A DNA stretch of 63,990 bases, filler included, from Octopus bimaculoides (taxonomy: Eukaryota): the NCBI RefSeq assembly GCF_001194135.2. It is 3 parts of 3 records of this genome, joined end to end, with 100 filler letters (N's around TTAATTAATTAA, not from the genome) between each part and the next. Parts side by side here need not be neighbours in the genome. Positions count along the whole stretch, not along the records: positions 22,569 to 46,823 come from NC_068989.1; 2 more parts are not named here. One strand, given 5' to 3'. The translations under genes and the position numbers were made by a program. This document shows, piece by piece, positions 25,424-40,043 of this stretch. How positions within the stretch are numbered: the stretch's first letter is position 1; every line of letters begins with the position of its first letter. The notes below the pieces were generated by a model that had not been told where the DNA came from, did not search any database, and worked only from the letters and a program-made list of their open reading frames with translations.

Positions 25424-25757
25424 TTCTTTCACAAATTGGTTTCCTTGTGCTTTAAGCTGCTCAAACTCCTCTTCTTTGGACAATGTTTTGGGAGTGTTCA
25501 CAGGAGTTACAGTTGCTTTCTCGACATTAGGGGTCTGTGTTTTGTTGGATTTCCCAGTTTCATTCTTGTTCTGTTTCTCAGCTCCTTTCTTGTTGCCACC
25601 TGCTTTTACAGAGGCAGCAGATGGTTTTGAAGACTCCATGCCATCTGAATCTGAAAGTTGTCTGATAACTGGAATGTCTGAGGGCTTAATTGGATATATG
25701 TCAGGTAATTTATTCCGCCATGAGTAACCGTGTTGCTGAATCAAGATTTGGGAGCAT
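25424..25757 (-). CDS. SPAG1: SPAG1-like exon: CSQILIQQHGYSWRNKLPDI...FEQLKAQGNQFVKE
   Basis: Acceptor ttattttcaaag, donor GTAAGT; 334 nt; matches GPNWREKL and the start of TPR cluster 3. Confidence 0.88.
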
Positions 25758-28533
25758 CTTTGAAAATAAGAGGAAAAACAAAAGCAAAATCTGTAATCAC
25801 TGTTTTATATGGTTTGCAGAAATAGGTATGGAAATGTCACCAATGCATACGATATAACAAACAAAAATATCAAGAGTCTGATGTGTAGTAAAAGAAATAA
25901 ATTCTACCACACTTAACTATGTCTGTCCCAGATTCTTATAAGCTATTCTCTCTCCCCTCTGCCCATCCATTCTTTTACTTCCCTTGTCAACTGTATCATT
26001 ATTATTATTATTATTATTATTATAATTATTACTACTAGTAGGACCTGTGAATATTTCACAGAATTAATAGTAAACCTATTGGGTTATTTCTGAAAACTTT
26101 ATCCAAAAGACCTGAAAACATAACCTGTGTTGTGTCTCTATGGAAAGATAGTCACTCATCTGCGGATTATTGAAATGTGAAGGAAATTGGAATACAATGA
26201 TTACTTAATGCACTTTATATATATACTTTATGCACAATTCTATAGACTTAATACACAGCACTCATAATATAAATATTCACTGTTATAGATTTACCAATGA
26301 TTCGATGATATACGTTGATAATAAGGAAGAATTTGTGGGATATTGGTCAGAGCAGGTGGTGCTACTGTAAATACAGATGAGGAACTAGAGCAACCTTACT
26401 GATTGAACTGGAAACACCACGTAATGTTCCACGGTCATGATACCTGACCCCAAGACATAAACAGGTTGATCTAAATCTGTGGATGTACAACCTTTTTCAG
26501 AAAGGGGGAGGGTACACAAATTTCATAAGAAAAACTTAATGGACAACCAAATTTAAACTTATTTTCAAATGCATTATACAACATAGTAGAAGATAAAAAC
26601 TGACAGTGGACCACCAAAACTATGGAACTGACCATTGGTGGTAAGTCTGGACTATGTTAAGGATTTCTAACATAAAGGTTACTCCTAACATTGTCAGTTG
26701 AAAGGTGTATCTGCCTTCAGTGAGGAGTGTCAAGGTTCATGCACTTGACTAGATCTAAGAGAATGTAGAGGAGAGACAGAATGTTAGGATGGGAGAGAAA
26801 CTTTGGATGCCAGTTGACCAATTGTGAAACTGACCAGCGAAAGACTTTGTGGATCAGTTGATAAAACTTTGTTATTGCATTCTATAGCAATTACCTCCCT
26901 TTAAAACAATTTGACTTTAAGTACCAAAGTATTGAAGGGTGGCTCAATATAATCAACTGAACACCATTAAAGGTGATGCCCCAGCATAGCCACAACCGAA
27001 TGATTGTAAAGAAGAATTAAAGAATATAAGAATAAAATACTTTCATACAAACCTTGATGAACCTTGCAGGGCGCTTTCCACTGAGTTATTGATTGCTAAC
27101 ACATGTCTATAATCAACATAAGCCATATCATATCTAAAAAATAAACATCATAAACAAAGGATCAGATGAATTTCAATAGAACCACCAACTGATTCCAACA
27201 GATATTTGTACAATATCAACCCTATATTTAACAATCTACTACTTACAGTCTCTGCTACTAATGAATTCAGGCAATATTGGTCTTGAGTTTTGGCACAAGG
27301 CCAGCAAGTTCAGGAGAAGGGTTAAGTCGATTGCATCGACCCCAGTGCTCAACTTGTGGAGGCACATGGCATAGTGATTAATTAGAGTGTTGGACTCATG
27401 ATCGTAAGATTGTGGTTTCAATTCTTGGACCGGGATATGTGTTGTGTTCTTGACCAAAGCACCTCATTTCACATTGCTCCAGTCCAATCAGGTGGGGAAT
27501 ATATACGCCACGGAGGGAAATCAGCCCTTATCAGTCGGCATGACTTGAGAAAGATGAAAAGCAAAGTCGTCCCTGGTGGAAACTGACCTAACAACGTAAA
27601 GACAGATAAAATGCTGCTAAACATCTTACCATCTTATAATTGAGGCAATATTCTTACTTCACGCTTATTAGTGTAAGTTCTATGATCGACTGACTCATTG
27701 TGATAAAATCACTGAATGTATCTTTTTATGTATGAACTAACAAAGAACCTCTATACAGTTTCTCCATCTGCTTAAAATAATAGCCAAATGTCTGTCAATT
27801 CAAACCTAATGATATTAGAACAGGAGCGATATTTTGGAGAATATGGTCTTGGATGAATTGTGGCTGAGACAAAATAAGGTTAGTCACAGCTGAAATGCCT
27901 TTGATTATGGGCCTGCTCCAAAACGAAAATCCATTCCATCAAAACACAATAAACCCTTATCATTTCAAACTTTAAATTAATTACACCAAATTAATTGCCA
28001 ATCAGAGCAGGTGGCCTCAACACACTAAGAACAGCACCATTCTTTCATCAACTATCATCTCACATCACATATCTACACAAGTCCTGGAAGTCGTCAACTT
28101 AGTTGCTCAACCTGCTAGAAATAGCAACCAAACCTCCCTCAAAACTTTCCCTGTTGCCTTAAGAAAGAAAATTACTTAGGATAATGATGTCCTGGATAGA
28201 GTATTTGAATAAAACAAGGTGGTCATGGCTGTAATGTCAGAGCTGACAACAGAGTTAAACAACAACAATCACTAATTCATAAATTCAGAAGGTAAAACTA
28301 TCCCAGTTCACCCACAAACAACCACATTAAAAAAGGTCAATGGAATAATCTTACTTTTCAAGAGTTTCATAAGCAGCGGCTCGACGTAGTAAGGGCTTCA
28401 CACAGAATGGAACCAGTTGCAAAGATGTGGTGCAATCTGAAATACTGTTGCGACATTGACCCATCTTCAAGGAACAAGCAGCTCGATTACTGTAGATCAG
28501 GGACAGATTAACTGTCTGATCAATGGGTTCTGG

Positions 28534-28570
<37 letters not shown>

Positions 28571-30314
28571 AAGAATTAAACCCTGTGGCATTCAGATTAC
28601 TCTCTCAAATGCAGCACCCATTTATTCACATTAGCTAATTAGAAAATCTCTATGAGAGATGAAAGTAGTAACTATAATGAGAAGTAATGTTTATTGCCAC
28701 ATCAATATGGTTGTTCAATGTTACTACTAATCTTTTACATTATCTTGGAACTTCAATGTAAATCATTGAAGAAAGGTTAAATTATTTGGAATGACCTTAG
28801 CTCTGGCTCAAAGGACAGGACTTAACTGATGTATTTAGAGGGAGATTTTAAGATCGGTCTTTGTTCTAGTTCATGAGACAAATTTCTAAGGTTAGCTATT
28901 GCTTTATTTTAGGCCAAATTTTTGCAAATGTGTGTATATACTGTATATATATATATATATATATAGTCGATAGCTTCCGCTATCTGGGCGACCAAGTTAG
29001 TAGTGGGGGTGGGTGCGCTGAAAGTGTAGCTGCTAGAATAAGAATAGCCTGGGCAAAGTTTAGAGAGCTCTTACCCCTGCTGGCGACAAAGGGACTCTCA
29101 CTCAGAGTAAAAGGCAGACTGTATGACGCATGCATACGAACAGCCATGCTACATGGCAGTGAAACATGGGCTGTGACTGCTGAGGACATGTGTAAGCTCA
29201 CAAGGAATGAAGCCAGTATGCTCCGCTGGATGTGTAATGTAAATGTGCANNNNNNNNNNNNNNNNNNNNNNNNNNNNNNNNNNNNNNNNNNNNNNNNNNN
29301 NNNNNNNNNNNNNNNNNNNNNNNNNNNNNNNNNNNNNNNNNNNNNNNNNNNNNNNNNNNNNNNNNNNNNNNNNNNNNNNNNNNNNNNNNNNNNNNNNNNN
29401 NNNNNNNNNNNNNNNNNNNNNNNNNNNNNNNNNNNNNNNNNNNNNNNNNNNNNNNNNNNNNNNNNNNNNNNNNNNNNNNNNNNNNNNNNNNNNNNNNNNN
29501 NNNNNNNNNNNNNNNNNNNNNNNNNNNNNNNNNNNNNNNNNNNNNNNNNNNNNNNNNNNNNNNNNNNNNNNNNNNNNNNNNNNNNNNNNNNNNNNNNNNN
29601 NNNNNNNNNNNNNNNNNNNNNNNNNNNNNNNNNNNNNNNNNNNNNNNNNNNNNNNNNNNNNNNNNNNNNNNNNNNNNNNNNNNNNNNNNNNNNNNNNNNN
29701 NNNNNNNNNNNNNNNNNNNNNNNNNNNNNNNNNNNNNNNNNNNNNNNNNNNNNNNNNNNNNNNNNNNNNNNNNNNNNNNNNNNNNNNNNNNNNNNNNNNN
29801 NNNNNNNNNNNNNNNNNNNNNNNNNNNNNNNNNNNNNNNNNNNNNNNNNNNAGCACCCACTACACTCTCTGAGTGGTTGGCGTTAGGAAGGGCATCCAGC
29901 TGTAGAAACTCTGCCAAATTAGATTGGAGCCTGGTGTTGCCATCCGGTTTCACCAGTTCTCAGTCAAATCGTCCAACCCATGCTAGCATGGAAAGCGGAT
30001 GTTAAACGATGATGATGATATAAAAGGGTTTACACTAATACTTACAGGCATACACAAAATAAATGTATTTGTTACTTCTTTATTGCCCACAAGGGGTTAA
30101 ACATGGAGGAGACAAACAAGGACAGACAAAGGGATTAAGTCGATTACATCGACCCCAGTGCGTAACTGGTACTTAATTTATCGACCCCGAAAGGATGAAA
30201 GGCAAAGTCAACTTCGGCGGAATTTGAACTCAGAACGTAATGGCAGACAAAATACCGCTAAGCATTTCGCCCAGCGTGCTAACCATTCTGCCAGCTCGTT
30301 GCCAAATAAATGTA

Positions 30315-30347
<33 letters not shown>

Positions 30348-33300
30348 GCAAGTGTGAATGCATGTGTATTTGTGTCATTTTGTTTTGATGCCTATATGGA
30401 ATATGTCTATAAAATCTAGAAGCAGGAAACCTAACAAACATCATAATATTACTAAAAATGTAAATTTAAATATAATAAAGCCTCTCACTGTGAGATTTTA
30501 TATCTAAATATATTAGAGTCTTTCTGATTTATACTGTGTTGTTAACAAAAAGATATCATTTAAACAATGACAAGCTGTCAAAAGCACAAATATGCAAACT
30601 AGACAATCCCCTAACATACTAGCCTAATTTATAACTGAACCTGGAACCATGTGGTTGGGAAGCAAGCTTCTTACACACAGCCACGCCTGCACCTATAGAT
30701 TAATACATGATTAATTCAAAACAAAGTGAATAAGTAAGCATTACATTTGACAGAGAATCTGCATGCTTAGGGTTAAACAACAATATTATCAGTCTAATAG
30801 AAATTACTAAATACTGAAATAATAGAAACATCAATGATAAACACAGAAACAATTCTTTCATAAAAACATTTTATATCGATGTCAAATAATGATAGAAGAA
30901 TGCTTGCGGCTTACCTTGTTCTAGAAGATCTATAGCTTTGGTATAAAAATCCAGAGCCTCAGAATAGCGACCTCTCAGAAACAAATCATTACCAGAGTTT
31001 TTCATAGACAAGATTTTGGGATTCAATGGCCGATGCATGTAAACTTTGGGACTTTGTTCGTTCAAGCTTGTGGGTTTTGCATCTACATCCTGTTCTGTAT
31101 GACTATCACAGTGTTGGGAAGAACTGTCTTTTAGTTCATTGGAAGTATTTTGGTCACTGACCAAGTTATTAGCAACACCATCACCAGATGCTCTCACATC
31201 TGTTACATTCTTATCAGCCTCTTTCAAACAATTATTGCTCACATCATTCCCAGATGTCTGTTTACCATCTTCAGCACTCACTTTGGAATCAAGCTTATTC
31301 TTGAGATTTTTTCTTTGCTTTGACTCTTTCCCATTGCATTTTGCCAAACCTTGCTTGCCACCATCAGTATTCTTTTTAGAGCTTTCTTGCACTTTCTCGC
31401 ATTTTTCAGAGCTTTCTTCTTTAGCATCTTTGCCATTTTGAAAGTTATTTGTCAAGAAGTTTCTATTAATATCTGGGGACACCACTTCTTCATTTCCTTC
31501 AATTTCCTCAATCACTAATTTCCTTCCTTTTTTCTTGCTGGGGGTAGGGGTTTCTTTCTCTTTCAGAGAAGCTTCACAATTCTTTTCTACCACACTCAAG
31601 ATTTGCTGCAATGGAAAAACAAAAATGCAAGAAGGGAGTAACAAATGATATATATATAAAATACATATATGACTGTCCATCCTCAGCTGCAGAAATATAT
31701 AGAAATTTACTGAAGTTACATTTCAACAGAAGGACATATTTTTATAACTACATTTAAACTCTCCTTTCTACTTGGAGAGTTTAAATGTAGTTATAAAAAT
31801 ATGGCCTTCTGTTGAAATGTAACTTCAGTAAATTTCTATATATTTCTGCAGCTGAGGATTGCTCTGCATTTTACATTTGATGTAATGTTCACATTGCTTA
31901 AATAAATGGAGTCGCATGAAACGATCGTACTGCATTAACTTTGAATATCCTTGTTGCTTATTTTGATTATATANNNNNNNNNNNNNNNNNNNNNNNNNNN
32001 NNNNNNNNNNNNNNNNNNNNNNNNNNNNNNNNNNNNNNNNNNNNNNNNNNNNNNNNNNNNNNNNNNNNNNNNNNNNNNNNNNNNNNNNNNNNNNNNNNNN
32101 NNNNNNNNNNNNNNNNNNNNNNNNNNNNNNNNNNNNNNNNNNNNNNNNNNNNNNNNNNNNNNNNNNNNNNNNNNNNNNNNNNNNNNNNNNNNNNNNNNNN
32201 NNNNNNNNNNNNNNNNNNNNNNNNNNNNNNNNNNNNNNNNNNNNNNNNNNNNNNNNNNNNNNNNNNNNNNNNNNNNNNNNNNNNNNNNNNNNNNNNNNNN
32301 NNNNNNTACTGGTGATGGCTCAGCTGGCCAAAACTTCAAAGTCACTGTCGATGCTATTCTTGTTAAAGAACAAATTTTTACTCTACCAAATGCATTTAGT
32401 AATCCTTCAGTTTAATAATTAAATTAAACATATATGACAATGTATGTTTTTTTTGTTGAACTATAACAGCTCTGTTGCAAATGCAAACGACACACTCCGA
32501 TTGGATCTCTTTAACAATGAAAAGAGATAAACCCTTAAGATGTGTTACTGACCTTTGCTCTTTGATTTTCAGGCTCCAACTTGAGAACAGTCTTTAGATC
32601 ACAGAGAGATTTGTTATATTCCTTATTTTCTTTATAAGCTGAGGCTCGTCTGAGGAGTGCTACAACAAAAAAACATACAATCCACTTCGTTAGTGAACAT
32701 CACATCAGTTCCTAATATATTAACCCTTTAGCATTCAGTTACTTCTATTAAATGTAACACTTGTTTATTCACAATCTCACTTGGCCTGACAGGTCTTCTC
32801 AAGCACGGTATATTGCCAAAGGTCTCAATGACAAGTGACCTTTGGTAATATACTGTGCTTGAGAAGACCTGTCATGCCAAGTGACATCATAGTCATAGCT
32901 GATGCTGGTGTTATGTAATTGACACCCATGCCAGTGGCATGTAAAAAGCACCCACTACACTCTTGGAGTGGTTGGCATTAGGAAGGGCATCCAGCCACAG
33001 AAACCATGCCAAATCAGAATGGAACCTGGTGCAACTCTCCAGCTTACCAGTTTTCAGTCAAAATGTCCAACCCATGCCAGCATGGAAAACGAACGTTAAA
33101 TGGTGATGATGATTGTTTTGAATTTATCCTGCCTGATCCTGTAGCTTCAAGATTTTGATTATGCAACAGTATTTTTTTTTTTTGGACTACCATTGTAAAG
33201 TGAGAGACTGAATGTGGCCAGCTTGACCATAAAAACAAGAAGAATAATTTGGATGGATGTTTCTGGTTTAAATGCAACAGGGTTAATTGTACACATGTAA

Positions 33301-35901
33301 TTCAAATAAGAGTGATAGCTACAGGCATGGCTCAGTTGTTAAGAAGACCAGTTCAGAACCACATGCTTAGGGGTTTGGTTGTTTCTGTCCCATCATATGG
33401 ATCCTGTCAGCTAGTGTCCTGTACAATAGCTGTGGGTCAATACCTTGTGAGTGAAACTGGATGACAGAAACTGAAGCCCCTCATATATAGATTAAGATAA
33501 CCTTTAATGTTACATTGTGGATTAAGGCAGCTTACCTTTAACATTGTTGCTATCATTTATTAGGACACGATCACAATCAGCAATAGCTTCGCTCCAGAGG
33601 GACAGTTTCAAATCTATTGATGAAAAATTAAAAGAATTGGAAGTTAGACACAAAAGGACAAGATATATGCTAAGTTTAATAATAGAAAAATGCTTCATCA
33701 TATTTTGTCTCTTCCTTTTTATGCTCTATGTTCAAATCCTACAAGAGCTTGCGAAGTATTTGCCACTAAACTACTGGATCAACTCAAAAGATTACACTTC
33801 TTTCCATATAACACTTGTCAGTGTGCCTGTTGTCAAAAGAATATTTGTCAAAGACCTCACAGGTGCTGGTACCATGTGAAAAGCACCCAGTCCAATAATG
33901 AAGCATTTAGTAAAACAACTTTGCTCTTAGTTAGCTGGGGCTTAGAAAATAAATTAACTTTTAATGAAAAGTGTAAGTATTGATGACTATAAAGCATGAA
34001 GTTTTATATCAAAGAAAAAACACCATTCAAATGTTGTGCCTCAAGGAGTCAGTGACAAGTGACAGAGACCTTTGGCAATATATTGTGCTTAAGAAGACTT
34101 GTCAAGCCAAGTGAGATCGTCATCATGGTGATACCAGTACTAAAGTAATTGGTACCCGTGCCAGTGGCACATGAAAAGCATCCACTACATTCTTGGAGTG
34201 GTTGGCATTAGGAAGGGCATCCAGCTGTAGAAACCATGCTAAATTAGACTGGAACCTGATGCAGTCAAACCATCCAACCCATGCTAGCATGGAAAATGGA
34301 CGTTAAGTGATGATGATGAAGCCAAGGCTAGTCTCAAGTGAGTTGGTATCAAAAGGGTTAAGAAACACAAAATGATAAACTTACATGCAAGGGCACGGTT
34401 GTTGTATACAACATCCAAAGGTTGAATAGAGAGGCTTCGGTTATAATAAATCACAGCTTCATTGTAGTCACCACTACGAAAGGCCTGGAAAGGTGGAGGA
34501 AGATGTTAAAAATCAGATGAATGTATCATTTTATAGAAAAACAGTGTGTAAGGAAGCTTATAAGAGAATTTACAAAAGTAGCAGCAAACAAGAAAGGATC
34601 ATGTGAAATACAAAGGAAGATCAATAGCAACAGAGTGAAGGATGAAAGGGGCCTACAAAAACAATAGGGAATGAAAAAGAGGGTCATCATTATCATCCTT
34701 ATAATTGTTTTAACATTCACTTCTCCATTCACTGTGACAGGTTTACTATGGCCAGACGCCTTTCCTATTTCCAAGTAAGGTATTTTCCCCAATGATCAGA
34801 CATATTTCCACAGAAAATTGAAAATGAAAAAAATGACATTGATGCTTTTTTACAACTATTGTCTTTATAGTAAGACACTGGTTTCTGCCTCTCTATTTCT
34901 CTGTCAGATCACCTCCTCCAATGCCCCCTTCATTACAGCAAGACACTTGCTTCCACTTCACTGTCTCTCTGTCGCACTCTAACCTTTCATCATCTGACAC
35001 AAGTTCCCCCTCCTCAAATACCCCTGCCCTCTCAAAATTCCTTGTCTTGCAATTTACTTGGTGACCCTGCCAGTGCTGGTGCAACGTAAAAAGCATCTGG
35101 TCCACACTGTAAAGTGGTTGGCATTTCAAGAGCATTCAGCTGTAAAAATCATGCCAAAACTAACCTCCCCTGTGCTGGTGCCATGTCAAAAGCACTCAAT
35201 CCACTCTGCAGAAAGTTTGGTGTTACGAAAGACATCCAGTCATAAAAACCCTGCCAAAACAGACACAGTAGCCTGGGGTAGTATTCTACCTGGCCAGCTC
35301 CTGTCAACCATCCTACCCATGCATGCATGGAAGACGGACATTAAATGACGATGATGACGATGTGCAATGTTGAGACAAGGTCGGTCACATGCACACGCAC
35401 ATATATATATATATATATATATANNNNNNNNNNNNNNNNNNNNNNNNNNNNNNNNNNNNNNNNNNNNNNNNNNNNNNNNNNNNNNNNNNNNNNNNNNNNN
35501 NNNNNNNNNNNNNNNNNNNNNNNNNNNNNNNNNNNNNNNNNNNNNNNNNNNNNNNNNNNNNNNNNNNNNNNNNNNNNNNNNNNNNNNNNNNNNNNNNNNN
35601 NNNNNNNNNNNNNNNNNNNNNNNNNNNNNNNNNNNNNNNNNNNNNNNNNNNNNNNNNNNNNNNNNNNNNNNNNNNNNNNNNNNNNNNNNNNNNNNNNNNN
35701 NNNNNNNNNNNNNNNNNNNNNNNNNNNNNNNNNNNNNNNNNNNNNNNNNNNNNNNNNNNNNNNACATATTTGCATATATGCATACAAGAGGCTCCTTTCA
35801 ACTTCTGTCAACCTAATCCACTCACAAGGCCATAGTAGAAGACATGGCCAGAATAATATGGTTGGGAAACAAACTTCATACCACACGGCCCATTGCACAT
35901 G

Positions 35902-35948
<47 letters not shown>

Positions 35949-38900
35949 GCAATGGCCTTTCAGGTTTTGTTTATCAGATTAATTCACAAGGTTTTGGTTG
36001 GCCAGAGCCTATAGAAGACACTTGCCCAAAGTGCCATACAACTGGACTGGGTGCCACTGGATGACAGACTCTAGTAATGATATTATTCCATGCTTTCAGA
36101 TCCATGGCACTGGCCTTAACATCCTTGAGGTCGGAGGCATTGCAACTTCCTTAATTTGTTTCACCCATGCCTTCTCCAGTGCATGGGTCATTACCACCAC
36201 AAAAGCTGGTGTGGTAGTTTTCCAGTGCTCATACTGCAGATGTGGTCAAATCGCTGTAGCCTGCACTGCCGGACTCGATCTTTGACGGTCAGCTGCTGCC
36301 GCAAAAGTAGCCTGGTATAAAAGCAATAACAAATGTCATCCCACCCAAGCAAGATTATAAATAAGATAGAGGTAACACAACAAACATGGGTATTACACAT
36401 ACCTCGTTGCCTTTGTCCTTTTCCCTCAAAGCATGAGTAGTTTTTGTCTCTTCAAGACAATCTGGAGAAAAATACAACAAAAAAAGACAATGAAGGAAAT
36501 AGATGAAAGTGAGGGAGGAACATAATAAAAAAGAAAATCACATCAGTTAATGTCCATTTTCCTTGCTGGAATCAGTTTTCTGAGCAACTGCGGCGTTTAT
36601 TGCCCCTGTGCATCAGCGACACACAAAAGCTATCTTCCTGGTTAACCTGCCTTTGGTCCAGGAATCAAACTCACTACCTCATGATTATAAGCCCGACGCT
36701 CTAACCACTGAGCCATGCACCTTCACAGTCCATCACAAGGTTACCTATTTATAGCTGAGTAAACTGAAGCAACATGAAATAAAGTGTTTTGCCTAAGAAA
36801 GCAACACACAGCCAGTCTGGGAATTGAAACTACAATCTCATGATCATGAGTGCAACATACTAACCACTAGGCCAAGGGTCTTCACATAGCCACTACTCTA
36901 TTCATAATGCCTAAATACATCAGTAACCTCTCAAAACACAATTGCAATACCATTCTCTGCATGGTTCCTATTTTAGAAATATCTAGGGGTGTGGTTAAGA
37001 GGTTTGCTTCTCAACCACATGGTTCCAGGTTCAGTCCCACTGCATGGCACTTTGGGCAAGTGTCTTCTTCTATAGCTTTGAGCTGATTAATACCTTGTGA
37101 GTGGATTTGGCAGACAGAAACTGGAAGAAGCATGTCGCGCGTGTGTATGTGTGTGCTAGCATCTCCTCATCTTGACATCATGTGATATTTGTAAGTAAGT
37201 CTCATTGTCATACAAATGCTGCTACTCATTTCTAATATTCGGCAAAAATATGTATGGCCATGGGGAAATATTATCTTGCTTGGAAACAGGTGAACGCTGG
37301 CATCAGGAAGGGAATCCAGCTGTAGAAAATCAACCTTAATAAATTCTGAGAAAACAATCATCGTTTTAATGATCACATGGAAAAGTAGATGCTATGATGA
37401 TGATGATGATGATGAAGATGACGACAACAATGATGATGGTGGTGGTGGTGGTGGTGGTGGTAATAATGACGATGATGGTGATATACTGCTACAATTGTTA
37501 CATGAGCCAATGATGGGTTGGTTCAACCTGTTAGAAATAACAAACGAATCCTCCTTCAAATTACACCCTACCATTTTAAAGAAAGAAAGCACATGCTGGA
37601 GAAAGTAAATCTAGATGCACAATGCTTGAATAAAAGACTGGATAGTAAATGCTGAAATGCCTTTGATTACCGGTCAGCTAAATCAGGGCTGACCTATGAC
37701 TGAACAACAACAACAACAACAAAACCAAGTATATATTTCTCCAACTCATGAGCCAATCCAACACAAGGCACGCATCCCAAACATAAACAAGATAAACTCT
37801 ATTACTGTTTCATAAAATGTCACATCACATATTTAAATGTCAGAATATTACATTTCTAAACAGGGAAGAAAATATGAAAGCAATGAAATTAATGAAGCTT
37901 GATTGTGGTAAATACAGCATAGCAAGCAACACAGAGCATGCATAATTGCTTCAATTTATATTGATCGAGCAAATTAATTTCTCCCTTTTCCTCGGTGGTG
38001 TCGTTAACCTTTTAGCATTCAGGTTATTCTGTTAAATGTAATGCTTGTTAATTTACATTCATCATCATCTTTGTTTAACGTCTGCCTTCCATGCTGACAT
38101 GGGTTGGACAGTTTAACAGGAGCCGACCAGGCAGAAGACTACACCAAGCTATTGTGTCTGTTTTGGCATGTTTTTTTACAGCTGGATGCCCTTCCTAACA
38201 CCAATCACCCCACAGAGTGGACCAAGTGCTTTTTACCTGGCACCAGCACAAGTGAGGTCAGGTTTGGCATGGTTTTTACAGCTGGATGCCCTTCCAAATG
38301 CCAACCACTTCACAATGTAGACTGGATGCTTTTTTACGTGGTACCAGCACCAGCAGGGTCACCAAATAGCTTGCAAGATGAGAAATTTTGAGAAGGGAGG
38401 GGTCATAGGAGGAGATGATTTTGTGTCAGATGGTGAATGGTTAGTGTGACAAAGAGACAGAAACAGGTGTCTTGCTATAGAGGAAGTACATGGTTACATA
38501 ACTAGCGAAAGAGAGAGAGAGAGAGGTGGGGAGAAAGAGGTAACAAGAAAGAGGACAGAAATTGGTGTGCTGCTGTAAAGAAGATACTTGGTTACCTAGC
38601 CAGAGGGAAGAGCAAGAGGAGAGAGAGTGATCAAGAATAAGAGCAGAAACAGGTGTGTTGCTGTAAAGGAGATACGTGGCTACCCAGCCTGATGAAAGAG
38701 CAAGGGAAAGAGAGAGAGAGAGAGTGGGAAACAGCAAGAGTGCAAGAGAGAGCAGGAGAGAGATGGTAGTGAAATGCCAGGATATACTCACAAGGAACAC
38801 GGATCATATTATTCAGAATTAATCATGCATTATCTCATAGCTTCTAAATTACTGAGATGTGATCGCTGGTTTTTAGAATAACATTGTAGAGTAGGTGTGA

Positions 38901-40002
38901 GAGGCTAGATTTGGCCAGTTTAAACATAAAACAGGTAGAATACCTGGCCCAGATATGGCCAGTTTAAATGCTAAAAAGTTAATGAACACTGATACATTCC
39001 CATGGAGTAACCATGTGGTTTTATCAAGTAGTAATTTCAGAAATACCAATATTGATATTTTTCCATGTGGGAGTAGAACAAATACTTATACTGTTTTATA
39101 TTTTTAATATATAAATTTTGTTTATTAAATTAATTACAGTCATTATAAAAATACAGTTAACCCTTTAGGAAGTGGTTGATAACTACTAAATCAACACTGC
39201 CTACTTCAGGATTGCCCCTTTTAATACCAGCCTACCTGAGACCACTTCTGGTTCTGTAATACAAACTTGCTTTATTTGAAAGTGATCTAAATTAAAACCT
39301 TTCATTAAAATTTCAGGTAGATTTATGTTCCAAACACTAGTTTAATCATGAATAGACATTTTATTAAATTCAAAATTAATGGCGACAAAGACAGTATATT
39401 TCAAAAACAATATGGTAACAAAATAGCTAAATTGATTGAAATTAAACCCTTCCGTCAAAATTTATGCTTCAAATATCAGTTTAATCATGACAAAGATATT
39501 ATACAAAATTCTTCATGATTTTCAAAATTAATTGAAGCAAAAACAATGTATTTCAACAGAAATATGGTGATGAAAGTTTTAAGGAAGCTTCTACGTGGTC
39601 ACAAGATCTGCTAAAAATAGTAGTCAAATATGGCTTAAATCTGACACTTTACCAGCTCAAGAAAGTAAAGGTGACATTAGATAATGTATTCTAAGATACT
39701 CCTAAATGGACAGGATGATCACAAGTGAAGCCCCTCATGATCCTAGGACTACAAACAATACTTCCTGGGGTGTGTTGGTAAATCTATCATATTATCCCTG
39801 AATTAACAGAAGAAAAGTAAATAGGTGCAGGCATGGCTGTGTAGTAAGAAGCTTGTTTCCCAACCACATGGTTCTGGGTTCAGTCTCACTGCATGGCACC
39901 TTGGACAAGTGTCTTCTACTATAGCTTCAGGCAAATCAAAGCCTTGTGTGTGGATCTGCTAGACAGAAACTGAAAGAAGCCCGTCGTATATATGTATATA
40001 TA

Positions 40003-40043
<41 letters not shown>

